A stretch of DNA of 64,000 nucleotides from Vicugna vicugna (GCA_013265495.1 MU058000.1:1550001-1614000), one strand, 5' to 3'; shown: positions 1 to 12,554, counted from the first letter of the stretch. The notes: a model not told the origin generated them from the sequence alone. Made by a program: numbers and translations.

Positions 1-135
1 CTGCTATAATAGAAACTCCTTGAGAGCAGGAATCTTCTGTGTCTGATTCTCCATTGTATCCTCAGCAACTAGAATAGCACTTAATACTAATTGGGCACAA
101 AACCTATCATTTTGACTAAATAAATAGTAAAGTAA
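1..135 (+). mobile_element. L2 LINE 3' end remnant
   Basis: aaactccttgagagcagg...tgtatcctcagca...gcac followed by a tgaa/taaa tail, as in the L2 3' terminus; boundaries approximate. Confidence 0.55.
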
Positions 136-876
136 AATGAATTAACAAATTCTTCCCTGTATGGTAGTGTTAATAGAATCCACCTCTCACCATAGATACA
201 TCCTAAAATCTGGTTGAAATTGATTCAGTCATTTATGTACTCAATATAGTTCTCCTATCAAAAACATCCACTGTTTTGATAAAAATAAGAGAGTCAGGCT
301 TTATGTTTTTTGCAGTCACTAAAGGCTTTTCTCATAACCATTGTATAATTTCTCACAGATTAGCTGGGACCATACTTGTTGAAATCAGAATGAATAAAGA
401 ATACATAATGTACTTTGCTTAATTAGAATACATTTTCTAAGATGGAATTACCCTCCTCATTTGTGTTCAAATAATTTTACTGTTTTCTATATTTCTTTTT
501 TTTTTTTTTGTAGAATACCTTTTCTCCCTGACTATAATGGGAGTATTCTTCCTACTTTTAAAATCTGAGACCAGATGGTCTTGTTACATGAGCAATAACC
601 TATAAAAATGGTGTTTACATGACCATATGAGCAGTTTTTTTGATGATATAATCAAATCAAATTTATATAAATTGAACTGACACATGTATAATTATATTTC
701 CAGTTATTTTCTGCATGGAAGTTATACAGAAATGAGAGCACTACACATAAAGTGTAACACTGCATTTATACAACCAAGACACGTTTTAAAATGGTTTATT
801 TTTCTTTTGTTACTTCACCAATATCTAAAGTTACTGTCAAGAACACCTCTTTACCCTATTGGATACATGCACATGT

Positions 877-878
<2 letters not shown>

Positions 879-908
<30 letters not shown>
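879..908. repeat. (AC)15 microsatellite
   Basis: Perfect AC dinucleotide run read directly. Confidence 0.97.
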
Positions 909-911
<3 letters not shown>

Positions 912-1123
912 CTCTGAGGGATACTTGACCAGCTCTGTAGAGTAGTAGGTCTTGGGGGAAAACCACTAAGAAGAGAATAAAACTAAGTCTGGCTTCAGAT
1001 TCAATGACGTGTAGGCATTTGTGGCCAAAAGTAGTGTAAATAAAATCGTAATCCTGCTCTACCCTGATACCTTACCCCATCCACCCAAAGCGATTTTAAT
1101 TCAGTCTTATTCAAAATCAAAAG

Positions 1124-1197
1124 AAGACCTATTATTCACAATAGTGTCTTAGGAGAACTCCTGAGACGAAATAACTTTGTTGTGAATATACAGTCTT
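1124..1197. other. 74-nt imperfect palindrome/hairpin, possibly an ancient MITE
   Basis: Nested inverted repeats: aagac/gtctt, tattcacaa(1133-1141)/ttgtgaata(1180-1188), gtcttaggag(1146-1155)/ctcctgagac(1158-1167). Confidence 0.6.
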
Positions 1198-1375
1198 TGA
1201 AAATCTTATGCTTGTTATTTACTTTTCTTAGAAGAAGTAATGAAAACAAAATGTTACTATGTACACTTGAATCTATGCAGACTCTTTTTAAAAAATCAAG
1301 AACTTTTGTTCGGTGTTAATTGAACTTTAAGGAGTAATTGCCTAAGATGCGAAACGTGAAAACGTTTTAATTCAA

Positions 1376-1386
1376 TTTCCCGGAAA
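1376..1386. promoter_or_regulatory. STAT GAS consensus site TTTCCCGGAAA
   Basis: Exact TTC-N3-GAA motif with palindromic flanks inside a local CpG cluster; function unproven. Confidence 0.4.
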
Positions 1387-2959
1387 CTCCACCTTTAGTT
1401 CTGAAGCAGATCATAACCAGAGATTATAAAGCTTACATTTTACAGGAAACTGAATTTTCAAGTAATCTATACAATGTTTGTTTTTTTAAATAAGAAATTG
1501 AGGTTGTCCAGGTTGCTTGTAAGTGAAATCATGATCCTATAATGATGAAGACACCACTACGTAATGAATGCATGTCCTTGTATTAACCTGCGGGTGTGGT
1601 GTGACAGCACGTGGTATTTGCCTTTGATGAAGGTACTCTTGTTGAACAGAAAGCACCAAATTCTTGTATTTGAATATATTAGAAACACCTTTTATTTCAA
1701 GAAATTCACAAAGAATAAAGTCTAGATCCAAATATAAAGCAGAACATATTATTTCACAGAAGAAAAAACTAAAATGAAACTCTATAGTTAAGCTTTTATT
1801 TAGTCTATTGATTTTAATTGCAGATTATCTCTTTTTTTCCAATTTATATCTAGAATAAAAAAAAGATACAAGCATTAATACAGAGTCTACTTTTAATTAA
1901 TTTTCTTTTCTGGTTCTAATTTTTTTCTTCCTTTTACATTTTTCTCTTTTGTTTTCTCCTGTGTCAATAATATACTGTATCGGTGAGAGAGGTTTTTTTT
2001 TGCTATAAGTATAAAAAAAAGGATGATAATTATGCATGTTCTTAGGTATAGCCCCAAATCCTGGTTCTACATTTTTCTCTTGGAACCTAGGATGAAGTTG
2101 GATTTTCTGTCTTCATATTTGTAGATTTTGTTAGTGTGAAAGAGTTTAGAGAGGTGCTATCTAGTGAGGTCAACGGTTGGTTAGATAAGAAATCATAGAT
2201 TTGGGCATATCTTGTATCATTATGATATTCCAGGGACTGGCGTTAAGTTTCTTAGTCTCGAAAGCCCATTTCAGGGTACCTAAGAGTTTATTAATATCTG
2301 TGGAATTGACTACTAAATTCCCAAAAGGCTGATGTGAATAAAGTAAATTGCTATCTTGTTAATTACAACCCTTAAGAGGGAGCCAAATATTATCTTCCTA
2401 AAAGGAAATGGTCACTGGCTGCCAAAATTTCTTTAGGAGTATACTTGATGCATTGCGGAAAAAAGAGATAGTCGGATAATCTGAGCAGCAGCCTAGTTGG
2501 ACAGCTTGATGTATCCATCTCCTGGGTAAGGGTATACTTGCCAAATCGATAGAAATTTTGCTATCAGATCAGAATACCCTCTTCTAATAAAAACTAAAGA
2601 CACATTAATATTTTTCATTCGTAGATTTTCATTTGTCTGGACTTCTTAGAAGCTATACTCATTCTGTCAACACAAACTTTCCTTAAACCAAGAACATACA
2701 TTTGTTTAAGTTCTGGAATAACTACAGTCGTATTTCAAGCCTGCTTTCAGAGTCCATATTCTTGTGAAATCAGTTGGGCTTTGGCATTCCCACATCTCCT
2801 TTATGCCTCCCACCTCTAATTGTTTATAGTGCCTTTTATAGTTTTTCCAGATCCATGTGCATGGATTTACTTCTATAGTTGTTGATGTCACCACTACTCC
2901 TATTGTAATTCCTGCTATCACAATTTCTGCCAGCTAGTAACTACTGAGTATAGTCTGTC

Positions 2960-3135
2960 AGGTTTTATTTCATCTTCACAGCACTCTTAGAGGGCAAGTG
3001 TTATTATTATTGTTGTTGTTGTTGTTACACCCATTTTACAGATGAGCAAACTAAGATTTACAGACATCTGAGGGCAGATAGAAAGTGGTTCAGCTGAGAT
3101 TTGAATTCAGATACATCTGCCCCAAATCTGGATTT
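2960..3135 (-). mobile_element. MIR SINE
   Basis: MIR core reverse complement cccattttacagatgagcaaactaag and gatttgaattcag. Confidence 0.7.
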
Positions 3136-4729
3136 TAATTCAGAGTGATTTTACTCTTATGATATATTATTCTTTCACATTCAAAGATTTTGGTATGAAG
3201 CCATTTCTTAGATTTTTTTTTTCAAGCAAGCTAGAGAAAATTGAGTGTAATCAGAAAGTCACTTTGGAACTTAGATTTTTCTAGATAAAATATTGCAAAG
3301 TAGGTTGCTACTATAATTTACAGAGCTTTAAATTTCCCAGGGTACAGTGACCATGGTAAAATTGCTTGCCATGTTAGACTTGTCATAAATATTCTGTGAG
3401 AATATTTATAGAGTATGGTAAGTGTGCATGGAGCTCAGCAAAGCATAAAGCAGCACAGACAAGGTGCTTGCCCCAAAGAGTTTGTGATCTAATTTAGATG
3501 TAGACAGAATACTAGATTCCTATAAAATATCCAAGTTGGTTGATTGACTCATAACCTCCTCACTCATGGTGTCATAAATCAGATGGTAACACCGTAAACA
3601 TCTATTGAGCAGCTGGATAGGTTGGCAAAAACATGTTCTAGCCACAATGACAGCAGCAGGTGGCTTTATTTTGGAAAAAAAAAAAAACGATGGGAAATGG
3701 CCAAGAAGGCGGGGGGTGAGGGGGAAATATAAAATATGACTGTCCGCATTATGCTTACACAACACGACATGCTGGAAGAACAGCTATGGAAAGTCATGCT
3801 CAAAGGAGACTGTATTTCTTTCTGAATAAGGCAATTTCATTTCCACACAAAAGAAGCATCATTTTTAAACCCTTAAATTAAACATAATTTTTACCAGTTA
3901 CCCATTTTTCACTTATGTGCTAACAGTCAGAGTACTCAAGCCAAAGAAGGTAGAGGAATATAGGTGGCAGTTACTAAAATTGCAGTGACTCCTAGAGTTG
4001 CTAGAGAAGATGGTTTCCTGAAATGAAGCATCACTAGACTGTGTGTTCCTTGAGCCACTGTTTACTCTGGCTCACCACTACTCCAACATGCACACACATA
4101 TATACCCAGAGTTAAAATGCAAAAAGCCCATCCAGTCCGGTTACTTGTTTGCTGAGATTGGGAGAAAAACACACGTATGTGGCTCAGCCCCTTCTAGGCT
4201 TCCTCTTCTGGACCAGTCTTCCTGCAAAGTCCGTGCATTTCTTTATCTCTGCTCCTGCCTTCAGTGTGTAGATGTCAGCTTCCGCGCCAGTGGGAAGTGG
4301 GCGTGGGCTGGCCAACTATTCTGAGTAGCCAAGTTTAAATCAGTGAAAGAATCAGAATGTCTGATTGTGGCCAGTTATTTAATTTGTATCTGCTAGTCCA
4401 GTTTTATAAAACTATCATTTTCCTCTCCATCTGTCTAATTTTGTTTCACTCTCAGTTGGAAGGAAAGAGAAACGGTGTGATTAAACACCAATACACATAA
4501 CAAGTGTTTATTGACTAAATGAGCCAGGTACATTATCATAAAGGAAAAAAGAAAAGCTGACTAGTTTAAATATGAGTTTATTGATATCATTCATATATAT
4601 GTGTGTATGTATACACATCTATAATTCATATAAGTATTTGAAGATATATATACATTTTATTTTTCCCTTAGATTTTGTTTTAGATGGTGGGTCTCTTAAA
4701 GACAGGGTCTGTACTGTATTCATCTTTAT

Positions 4730-5040
4730 TATTTTTTTTTATTGCTTTATAGTCAGTTTACAATGTTGTGTCAATTTCCAGTGTAGAGCACAATTTTTCA
4801 GTTATACGTGATCATACATATATTCATTGTCGCATTCTTTTTCTCTGTGAGCTACCACAAGATCTTGTATATATTTCCCTGTGCTATACAGTATAATCTT
4901 GTTTATCTATTCTACATATGCCTATCAGTATCTACAAATTTTGAACTCCCAGTCTGTCCCTTCCCACTCCTCTCCCCCTTAGCAACCACAAGTTTGCATT
5001 CTATGTCTATAAGTCTGTTTCTGTTTTTTATTTATGTTCA
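4730..5040 (-). mobile_element. Young L1 (camelid-type) 3' UTR and poly(A), non-inverted arm
   Basis: T-run then tagtcagtttacaatgttgtgtcaatttccagtgtagagcac, the reverse complement of the L1 ends at 34677 and 51881; left TSD 4717-4729. Confidence 0.92.
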
Positions 5041-5394
5041 TAGGAATAGACGTACCAAATGACCCAGTAATCCTGCTCCTGGGCATATATCCAGAAGGAG
5101 CCCTACTTCAAAAAGACACCTGCACCCCAGTATTCATAGCAGCACTATTTAAAATAGCTGATAAATGGAAACAGCCTAAATGTCCATCGACAGATGACTG
5201 GATAAAGAAGATGTGGTGTATTTATACAATGGAATACTATTCAGCCATAAAAATGACAACATAATGCCATTTGCAGCAACATGGATGTCCCTGAAGAATG
5301 TCATTCTAAGTGAAGTAAGCCAGAAAGAGAAAGAAAAATACCATATGAGATTGCTCATATGTGGAATCTAAAAAAAAAAAAAAAAGAACATAAA
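5041..5394 (+). mobile_element. Inverted 5' arm of the same L1 (ORF2p C-terminal remnant)
   Basis: Translates to ...DTCTPVFIAALFKIADKWKQPKCPSTDDWIKKMWCIYTMEYYSAIK, the L1 ORF2p C-terminus; right TSD 5395-5407. Confidence 0.92.
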
Positions 5395-6579
5395 TATTCA
5401 TCTTTATAACAACCAGTACTAAATAGTTCCAGGGATATAGTAAACATCAGCTATATTTGGTATTGAATAGACATCTATTTTTGGTTCTAAATTATACATC
5501 TAATCGTATGTAGAATTTACAGAGATTTTTAAAAGTTGGCCTTGTATATTGTATATTAGAATTTATTCTATTAAATGAGATCACTATTTAGCCTTTTTGT
5601 TATGAAGGAGTGCTGTAGATCTTCACCCCAACAAACAATCATTTAATTGAAAAAAATTTTTTGTATCTTTAAATTTTTTGAAATTTACTCTCAGAGCATA
5701 TAGCAAATGGAAAAATATTTATTCCAGAAAATCAACTAAATCTTGATGAGAACAGGGAATTTCAGATATCACTGCTCCCCATTTCCCAGCTCTGTCTTAC
5801 TGATACTGTTCTGGGAGTTTTAATTAGATGCTGGATGCTCTAATAAGACAAGGACTCCTTGTCTCCCCAACCCTCAGCTTTCAGACTAGGGCTGCTTCAT
5901 CTCAGGAGGAGAAGGGCACAAGTACTTCTTTGACCTCCAGCCTCACGGTGTGTGTGGAAGCTGTGTGCCAGACGGGCAGGGTAGAGATGTCTGGCGTTAC
6001 CTTCCTCCCCTTAGACCTAACTTGTAGAGTAAATGCCTCATTCCAGGCTGACAGGCTGAGAATACTGGGCCCAGATCACCCGCTGTAGCAGGCGCTATGG
6101 GTAGAAGTTCCTTTCCAACAGGGGCAAGTCAAATAGAATAGGACACGTCCTCTCCCAGCACCCATTTGTAAAGCGGGAGTGTCATTCCGGGAGGAGCGTG
6201 CACTGTCAGTGCCTCCAGCTCTTGTGCAGTGATGTAGAGGAGAGGCAGGTCAGGAAGGCAACTCTTAAAATGAAGAGTTCTTCAGCTCTGCCTAAGGAAA
6301 CTGACTTTATTTAGAACAGGGGATGTAAAATTCCGTGCCAACGGATGATTTTTTAAAAATGAAATTCTTGCCGGAGAGCAATTAGGAGAGTACACTGGTA
6401 GCTCCATCAGACAAGTAGCAAAAAGTAAAGCAGCAGCACAATCAGAAGCTTAACACAAAACCGGGGAAAGAGAGAAGCAAGCAGAGTCCTTCTGGGAACC
6501 CCACTGTGAGCCCTGGGGGGTGGGAATGCTGTGGCTATGCACTAGGCTGCACCCACCCAGGAGCAACCAGAGTAGGACG

Positions 6580-7110
6580 TGGGACAGACGTGAAAATATC
6601 CTCATATTCATACAGCCACCAGCAGAGTGTCTCTTGTGTTGTGCTGCACTGAGAAGAGCACAGCTTCACGTCTGTGACATTCCTGCCGGGGATGCCCAGC
6701 CTGACTCTGCTCAACAAGAAGGAACAATGGACAGACCTGGACTGGAGGTCGCTTACACTCTGAATCTGTCAAAGACACGCGTGTGTTGGCAAGTCTGAGG
6801 AACAGCTCCCTGTTGAAGAAAGGAGACTGACCAAAATGGAAAAAAGGGATGATTGGCCAGACTGTTGAGATATGTGGCCAAATTTAAAGGAGTCTATGGA
6901 TTGAATTATAATGTTGAAACAATGTCAACTTCCTGATTTGGAGGTTACATGGAAGTTACATGTAATGTTCTTTTTCTGAGGGAATCTGGAATATTTTGTG
7001 TGACGAGGCAAATGTAGTGAAATATTGATGAGGGGACCTGATTGTAGGCATATGGGAGTTCTTTGTACAGCTATTGCAAGATTTTATGTTTGAAATTATT
7101 TAAAAATGCA
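6580..7110 (+). mobile_element. Old L1 3' UTR (L1MC4-like)
   Basis: tgcactgagaagagcacagcttcacgtctgtgacattcctgcc, aatgtcaacttcctgattt, tatgggagttctttgtac...tttgaaattatt match the recalled L1MC4 3' end. Confidence 0.6.
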
Positions 7111-8169
7111 TTACTTTTTTGAATGATGAAAAAAATTTCTAAAAGTTAGTTCTTGTTTCTTGATCCAAATATGAAAACTAAATTTAATTTAGTTTAAGGA
7201 ACAAACAAAGGAACAAAGCAGATTACAGACTTTCTAGTTTGTTTTAGCTTCAAAGCATTATTTGTTTTAAAAAGTTAAAATCTCTGCTGAGGGAATCAAG
7301 AATCGATACCAAGAAATTTCTACTTCAAAACCTAATATTCTAAGAAACTCAGGACTTCTCAGATAGTGTTTAAAGTGATAAACAAAGATCCTTATATGGA
7401 ACTCAGCATTGAAAACATTCTGTAAACAAAGTTTTGCATAGCATAACAAAAAATGATTTGTAAGTATTTCCTGAATCTTGGCTTAAACTTTTCCTTACAT
7501 TATTTTCTATAATGAATTTCTTTTTGAATTATTTCAAGTGATTTTTTTTTTCATACTGATAAACTTCAAGTTCAATATTTGGTGAGAGCTCTTATTCTTA
7601 GTCCTGGAAACTAATTATTTTTGGTCTTGATTTATTTTTATTTTTATTTTTTTTGTGATTCCTGTATCTTGTGACTCCAGTAATGGGTGAATCCAGTGTT
7701 TTTAAGAAGAAGCAAATGTTTACTTCTCTAATATCAACTCAATATTAAAATTGGCAAATGCCTTAACATTTAATTTGATATTGTTGTTCCTTAGCACAGA
7801 ATTAGCTTCTATTGTGGCTTTGGAAGCCCTTCTGCATGAAAAATCAATATAATATGAAAAGGCTAATATGTTGTAAATTATACTGTTATGACCTGGCCAG
7901 AAAAGATACTCCATGACTTCATTCGGTTTCTGCTTTGAAAACAAGTCAGATTGACACACTGCCAAAAGCAATGCCATGTTTATTTACAAAATCATAAACC
8001 AAGGAAAATTGTAAATTGACTCACTAGTACATGATTCAATTTTTAAAAGAGAAAAAAAAGCCTTCACATACTTTTAACCCTCTCTTTAAAAATAAAATGG
8101 CAATCTATGTTTGTCATAAATTTAAGGTGGTCCTAAAGTTCAACAATAGTACACTGTGTGGATAGTAAA

Positions 8170-8385
8170 ATATTGTAGAAAGAGTAAATATTCTAGATTT
8201 AGATAGACATTTGTTCAAATCCTGTATCTGTATGTTAGTATATTTGATCATGAACAGATAAAGCTTATGTAGTCTTCCTCCTTACAATTTCCCAAAGGAA
8301 ATTGTGAAAGAATTAAATAAGGACACATTTATAAAACATTGAACATGGTACCTTGTAACTAACAGCCATTCAAAAATGTCCAATT
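8170..8385 (+). mobile_element. MIR SINE (degenerate)
   Basis: agatagacatttgttcaaatcctg head; ttgtgaaagaattaaataag...aaaacattgaacatggtacct tail. Confidence 0.55.
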
Positions 8386-10619
8386 TTCTTTCCCACATAT
8401 TTATTTTGGGGTAGTTCTCTTAAAAGTCTGTTTCTTCTAATTTCTCAAGGTAGTTTTTAATGTTGAAATTATATACGATTTTACAAAAATTGCTCTTTGA
8501 TTCAGTTAACAGTTTGGTTTTGGAAATTTGCTTGTCATTTCCCATTTCATCAGGTCAAGAGGACGAGTTTCTTTAAAAAAGGATGAAAGGAAAAAGGAGA
8601 CATGGCAAATAAAAACCATGAGAATCATAGGTAATCAACTGAAGGTGAACTCTGTTCTCTAAACATACCCTGTAGCTGAAACATATGTGTTGGAAAATAT
8701 TGAACAGCTTGATGTCAGTCAGTGTTCTTAGAGTTCATATGTGAGGAAGAGTTCACCTTGTCTTCAAGCAAATGTAAAACTATCTTGGAAAGCAATGTCC
8801 TCAGGTCTGAGTGGTCTGTGTAATATATAAAATTTCTGTTGTGATGTGTCTTGCAATCTTAGCTTTATCAAGTCCTGAAGTCTTGACCTGATGAAGATTC
8901 TCCTCCTGCCCTCTCCATCAGTCATCAGTTAAAATTATCTGCCAAGGAATCCAGAGGAATCAATAACTGGCCCGAGTAAGTTAAAGATAGAAATGAGCAA
9001 TGCTGAGGCAGACTACTAGGGAAGAGATGGGTGAGTTTCTACTGGGTTTTGCTCTTTCAGAGCCCCAGAAATTTGATTTTGTGTCCCCTCCAGTCCAAGC
9101 ATCTATGTCTTTTAGTGTTTCTAGAATCAAGACATAAAAGAACATTAAATACAACTTTAAAATGACTAAAGTTATACTCAAATAAAGATCTCATGCTATG
9201 AAAAGTTGTATCTAACGAAATCACGTACAGTACATTTTGATATCACCTTTCTGCTTCTCCAAGTAAGAAACTGTTGAATTTCCTTTTCCAGTATGACTTA
9301 AACATGAGTTTATCTAGTCTGTATTTTTTTTTCTGCTGCTGCCGTCGAGAGCTTCTCCATCTAGGAAGGACTGACCTGCTAACTCAGTTGTTTGTTCTTT
9401 ACTTGTCCATATTCTTCTACTTACCCAGTCTCTCAAGCTTTCAATACCAATATCATCCGTTTTTATTCCTAAGTCAGGCAAACAGTTGACGAGCATTCAG
9501 CACGTCCCAGTTTCATAGTCCATCTTATTGCATCACCTGATGCATACAAGAACTTCATGGAATAGGTGTTGTCCACCTGATTTACAAAGGTGCTAATGAG
9601 GCCAGGAAGGCTAATTGATCCATTCTGGATTCTAATTATATAAGTCCGTCTGAATTTCAACTCAGCAATCTGATCAGAAAGCATTGGATCATTTTACTAT
9701 ATTGTATCCTCAGCATCATTATATAAATGACCACCATTTGTTTATTGGTGAGTGACCATTTGCTAGAAATTATGCTCATTTTAGGGGAAATAAGGAGCAT
9801 ACAGTGTAATAAAGTGTAGTCTGGAAATATGTCAGATTCTAATTTGGAGAAAGATTTTCCTAAATTAATACAATAGTTCTGAGTAATATCAAAAGTGCTC
9901 TTTATGTACCAAGTTCACAGAGATGAACAGAAGGAGGCAACAACATATGTGAGAATATGTAGGAAAGAGCGCAAGGAAGCATGCAATTGCTTTATAATCA
10001 TTTATGTGTTTTGCACACTAATCTGTGGCTCTCTTATCCTGTGCAACAGGCTCTTGGTATATACTCAATAAGCATTTGTTGAATTAATTAATGATAAGTG
10101 AATCCCAGGGTCAAATGTCAGCTTGATTTTGCAGAAAGGCTAGCAATTATTAGCTAGGTCCAAAAGAGCAGAAAGAAAGTTCCAGATAGAGTAGAATGTG
10201 CAAGGGCAAACAGGGAGCTTATAAAGGGTTTTGCAAAGATGAGCTGCAGAGAACAACTTCTTCCTCCATTCAACAAGCATTTATTTAGTCTGTGCTTACT
10301 GTGTGCCAGAGTGGTTAAAGGTGCCAGTGGTGAGCAATGCACACCTTTCAGTGTGTCCAAATGACAGTATCCATGGGAAAATGGTAGGAGGTCACGTCTA
10401 AGATATAGGTGATGGCCTTTCGTCTTGAACACCAGGCTATTGAGAACAAACAGGAAGTGAACTCATGTTTAAGAAAGTAAGTTGTCAAAATTAAAATAAA
10501 TTAGGGCTGACTTTTATCTCTTTCATTGAATTTTAATTGACACAGTATATTTTGCCACAAGAAAAGTAAGTATACTCATCAGTAAAAATTTAAACTGAGG
10601 AGCAAAATATTTGATGTTT

Positions 10620-11220
10620 GAAAGATAACACTGCTGGGTGGGAGGGAGATACGCTTGGTGAGAACCTCGAGTTAGTTAGACTGATGAGGGCCGGGCATCA
10701 CCCAGCTAAGAAATGAGGAGGAGCTGACAAAGGCAATTGTTCTCTGGTAGGAACAGTTCTGGAGAAGGTCCTGAGTCAGGATGGAAGTGATCATCAGACT
10801 GACTGGCGGTGGGAGGGTGATGTGGGAGTCAAGGAGGGACATGAGTCAGGGATGAACCTAAGGTTTTAATTTTATGCAGCATTGGCAATGCAGAGCATGG
10901 AGACAGCACCCAGTGGGAGCGCTCGTGAAAACACAAATATGGGCTGGAGTCGGGAGGAACAGCGTGAGACACTTTCGGATCTGGTGCTTTGAGTTGCATT
11001 TAGTAGGCAGTGGGAAATACAGGTGTGGAGCTTCTGAAAAAGGCTGATGCTGAAAATGTATAATTAGAAGATATCATAGTAGAAATTTTAGCTGAAGCCA
11101 GAAAGGCAGATGTGCCCACCCAGGGAGAAAGTGAAAAATAAGAAAAGTAATCAAAAGGGTAGAAAGCTAACCCTTCATGGGAGAGTGGAAAGAGACTGGG
11201 AACGAGCAGGCAGAGAAAAA
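10620..11220 (-). mobile_element. L2 LINE internal fragment
   Basis: agtaggcagtgggaaatacaggtgtggagctt...gctgaagcca...cccagggaga, typical antisense L2. Confidence 0.55.
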
Positions 11221-11774
11221 GGTGCCATCCTCACAGGGGCCTCCCCTTAAGGCTTCTGATTACATTTGTTTACAGGGCTGGCAGAACAGTAATTAATGCT
11301 GATGAGCTGAGTTGCTTGCAGATCAGATTCTGTTGTGCCCTTGACACTGGGAATTACAAGGCTCCCCCTGAAGATCTGAAAACAAAAAGCAGCCTTTGTG
11401 GAATTTGAAAGCCAACTTTATGAATAAAGCACTCAAGTTAGTCTAAATGGAGCCTGGGGATGTGCTTCAACTCTTTTCAGAGAGAAAACTCTTCCTCTAG
11501 TTGCTGCTGAGCATCCACTTTCTTTTCCATAATCTTTCTTACAAAAAAAATTAATCTTAGCAGATTACAGTGGTTTAAGTATTAGATCCTGGCAGCCTAA
11601 CCAGGGGTCATGGGGCCAGGTTCTACAGGACCAGGAATGGCTAAGTAAAAGGGATTCCCTCCAAAGTGAAAAGAGAAGAAATTCTCTTTTAAATGTTTGA
11701 TCATTAACTAGAGAAGGGAAGGAGAATTTATGTGTTCCAGAAAGATGTGTTTTATCATTATCCTTTCTGTCTTT

Positions 11775-12126
11775 TGTTGACTTGAAACAAATAGACTGCC
11801 AGATATTTCTCCAGCAAAGACCGGTTTGTTCTCCAACAAAGATGAAATCAGCAGAGAATTGCAATTAGGGGTCTGCCCTATATGCAAGTCACTGCACAGC
11901 AAGAAAAGAAGACCCTTTGATGGCGAAGCGGGTCTGGGGAAGGAAGGTGGAAGGGCTTTAGCAGACAAAGAGGTCGTGGGTTTTCATTGGCTAAGTTGTT
12001 GCCAGGGTAGAAGAGGAGTTTTTCTTCTTCCATTTGGGATGTGCTGTTGTTTCAGGGCGTGGGGAATTCCCTCTTCTGCTTTCCTGACTCTGTTTCATTG
12101 AAGTTTCTGTTGATTTTTTTTTTATA
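11775..12126 (-). mobile_element. ~350-bp ERV1-type solo LTR, copy 1
   Basis: TG start, terminal CA read as TA, 4-bp TSD cttt (11771-11774 / 12127-12130); homologous along its length to 42259-42568. Confidence 0.7.
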
Positions 12127-12554
12127 CTTTCCTGCCTTCCTGTTTGCATTACAATGATGCTGGTTGGATTAGTTCAGAATAATGCACATTTCAGTAAGAA
12201 AATTCTGTTTGTTTACTATTACATAAAGATACTTATTCCAAATATCTAAATTCCCATGAATTTATCTTTCTGTTTGAGAAGGCATTCTACATCTAGAGTA
12301 AAACTCCAAAGAATGCACAGATGAAAAAACTCAGTGGCCTCTCGTAAATCTACAGGTTACTGTTGCCAGTTAGGGTCAGACTAGCTGTACACAGGATGGG
12401 GCAATAATTTATGGGTATAGATGTGTTTTCTTCTCCAACCTTCCCCAGGTCAGCAATTGTATCTAAGTCATCAAACACATCTAGAGGTCAGGTCAGCATA
12501 CCTACAAATGACATGGCCTGATGCTGCATTAAATCAAGAGACAACTCCACGTGG

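Larger units (their letters stand above)
4680..5470 (+). mobile_element. L2 3' end split by a young L1 (parts ~4680-4729 and ~5408-5470)
   Basis: Removing the L1 and one TSD copy rejoins tagatggtgggtctcttaaagacaggg...tattcatctttataacaaccagtac...atagtaaac...tattgaat, an L2 tail. Confidence 0.55.

Noticed and set aside
1538..1640. C/D box snoRNA (ATGATGA at 1542-1548)
   Set aside because: No CTGA D box at a suitable distance and no terminal stem
5034..5264. ORF as a host gene (also 5176-5358 and 28071-28304)
   Set aside because: Sense or antisense readings of decayed L1 ORF2 C-terminal sequence
8642..8759. 12-bp inverted repeat aaggtgaactct/agagttcacctt 94 bp apart (possible MITE)
   Set aside because: No TSD or known terminal motif, and a single IR of this size and spacing is plausible by chance in 64 kb
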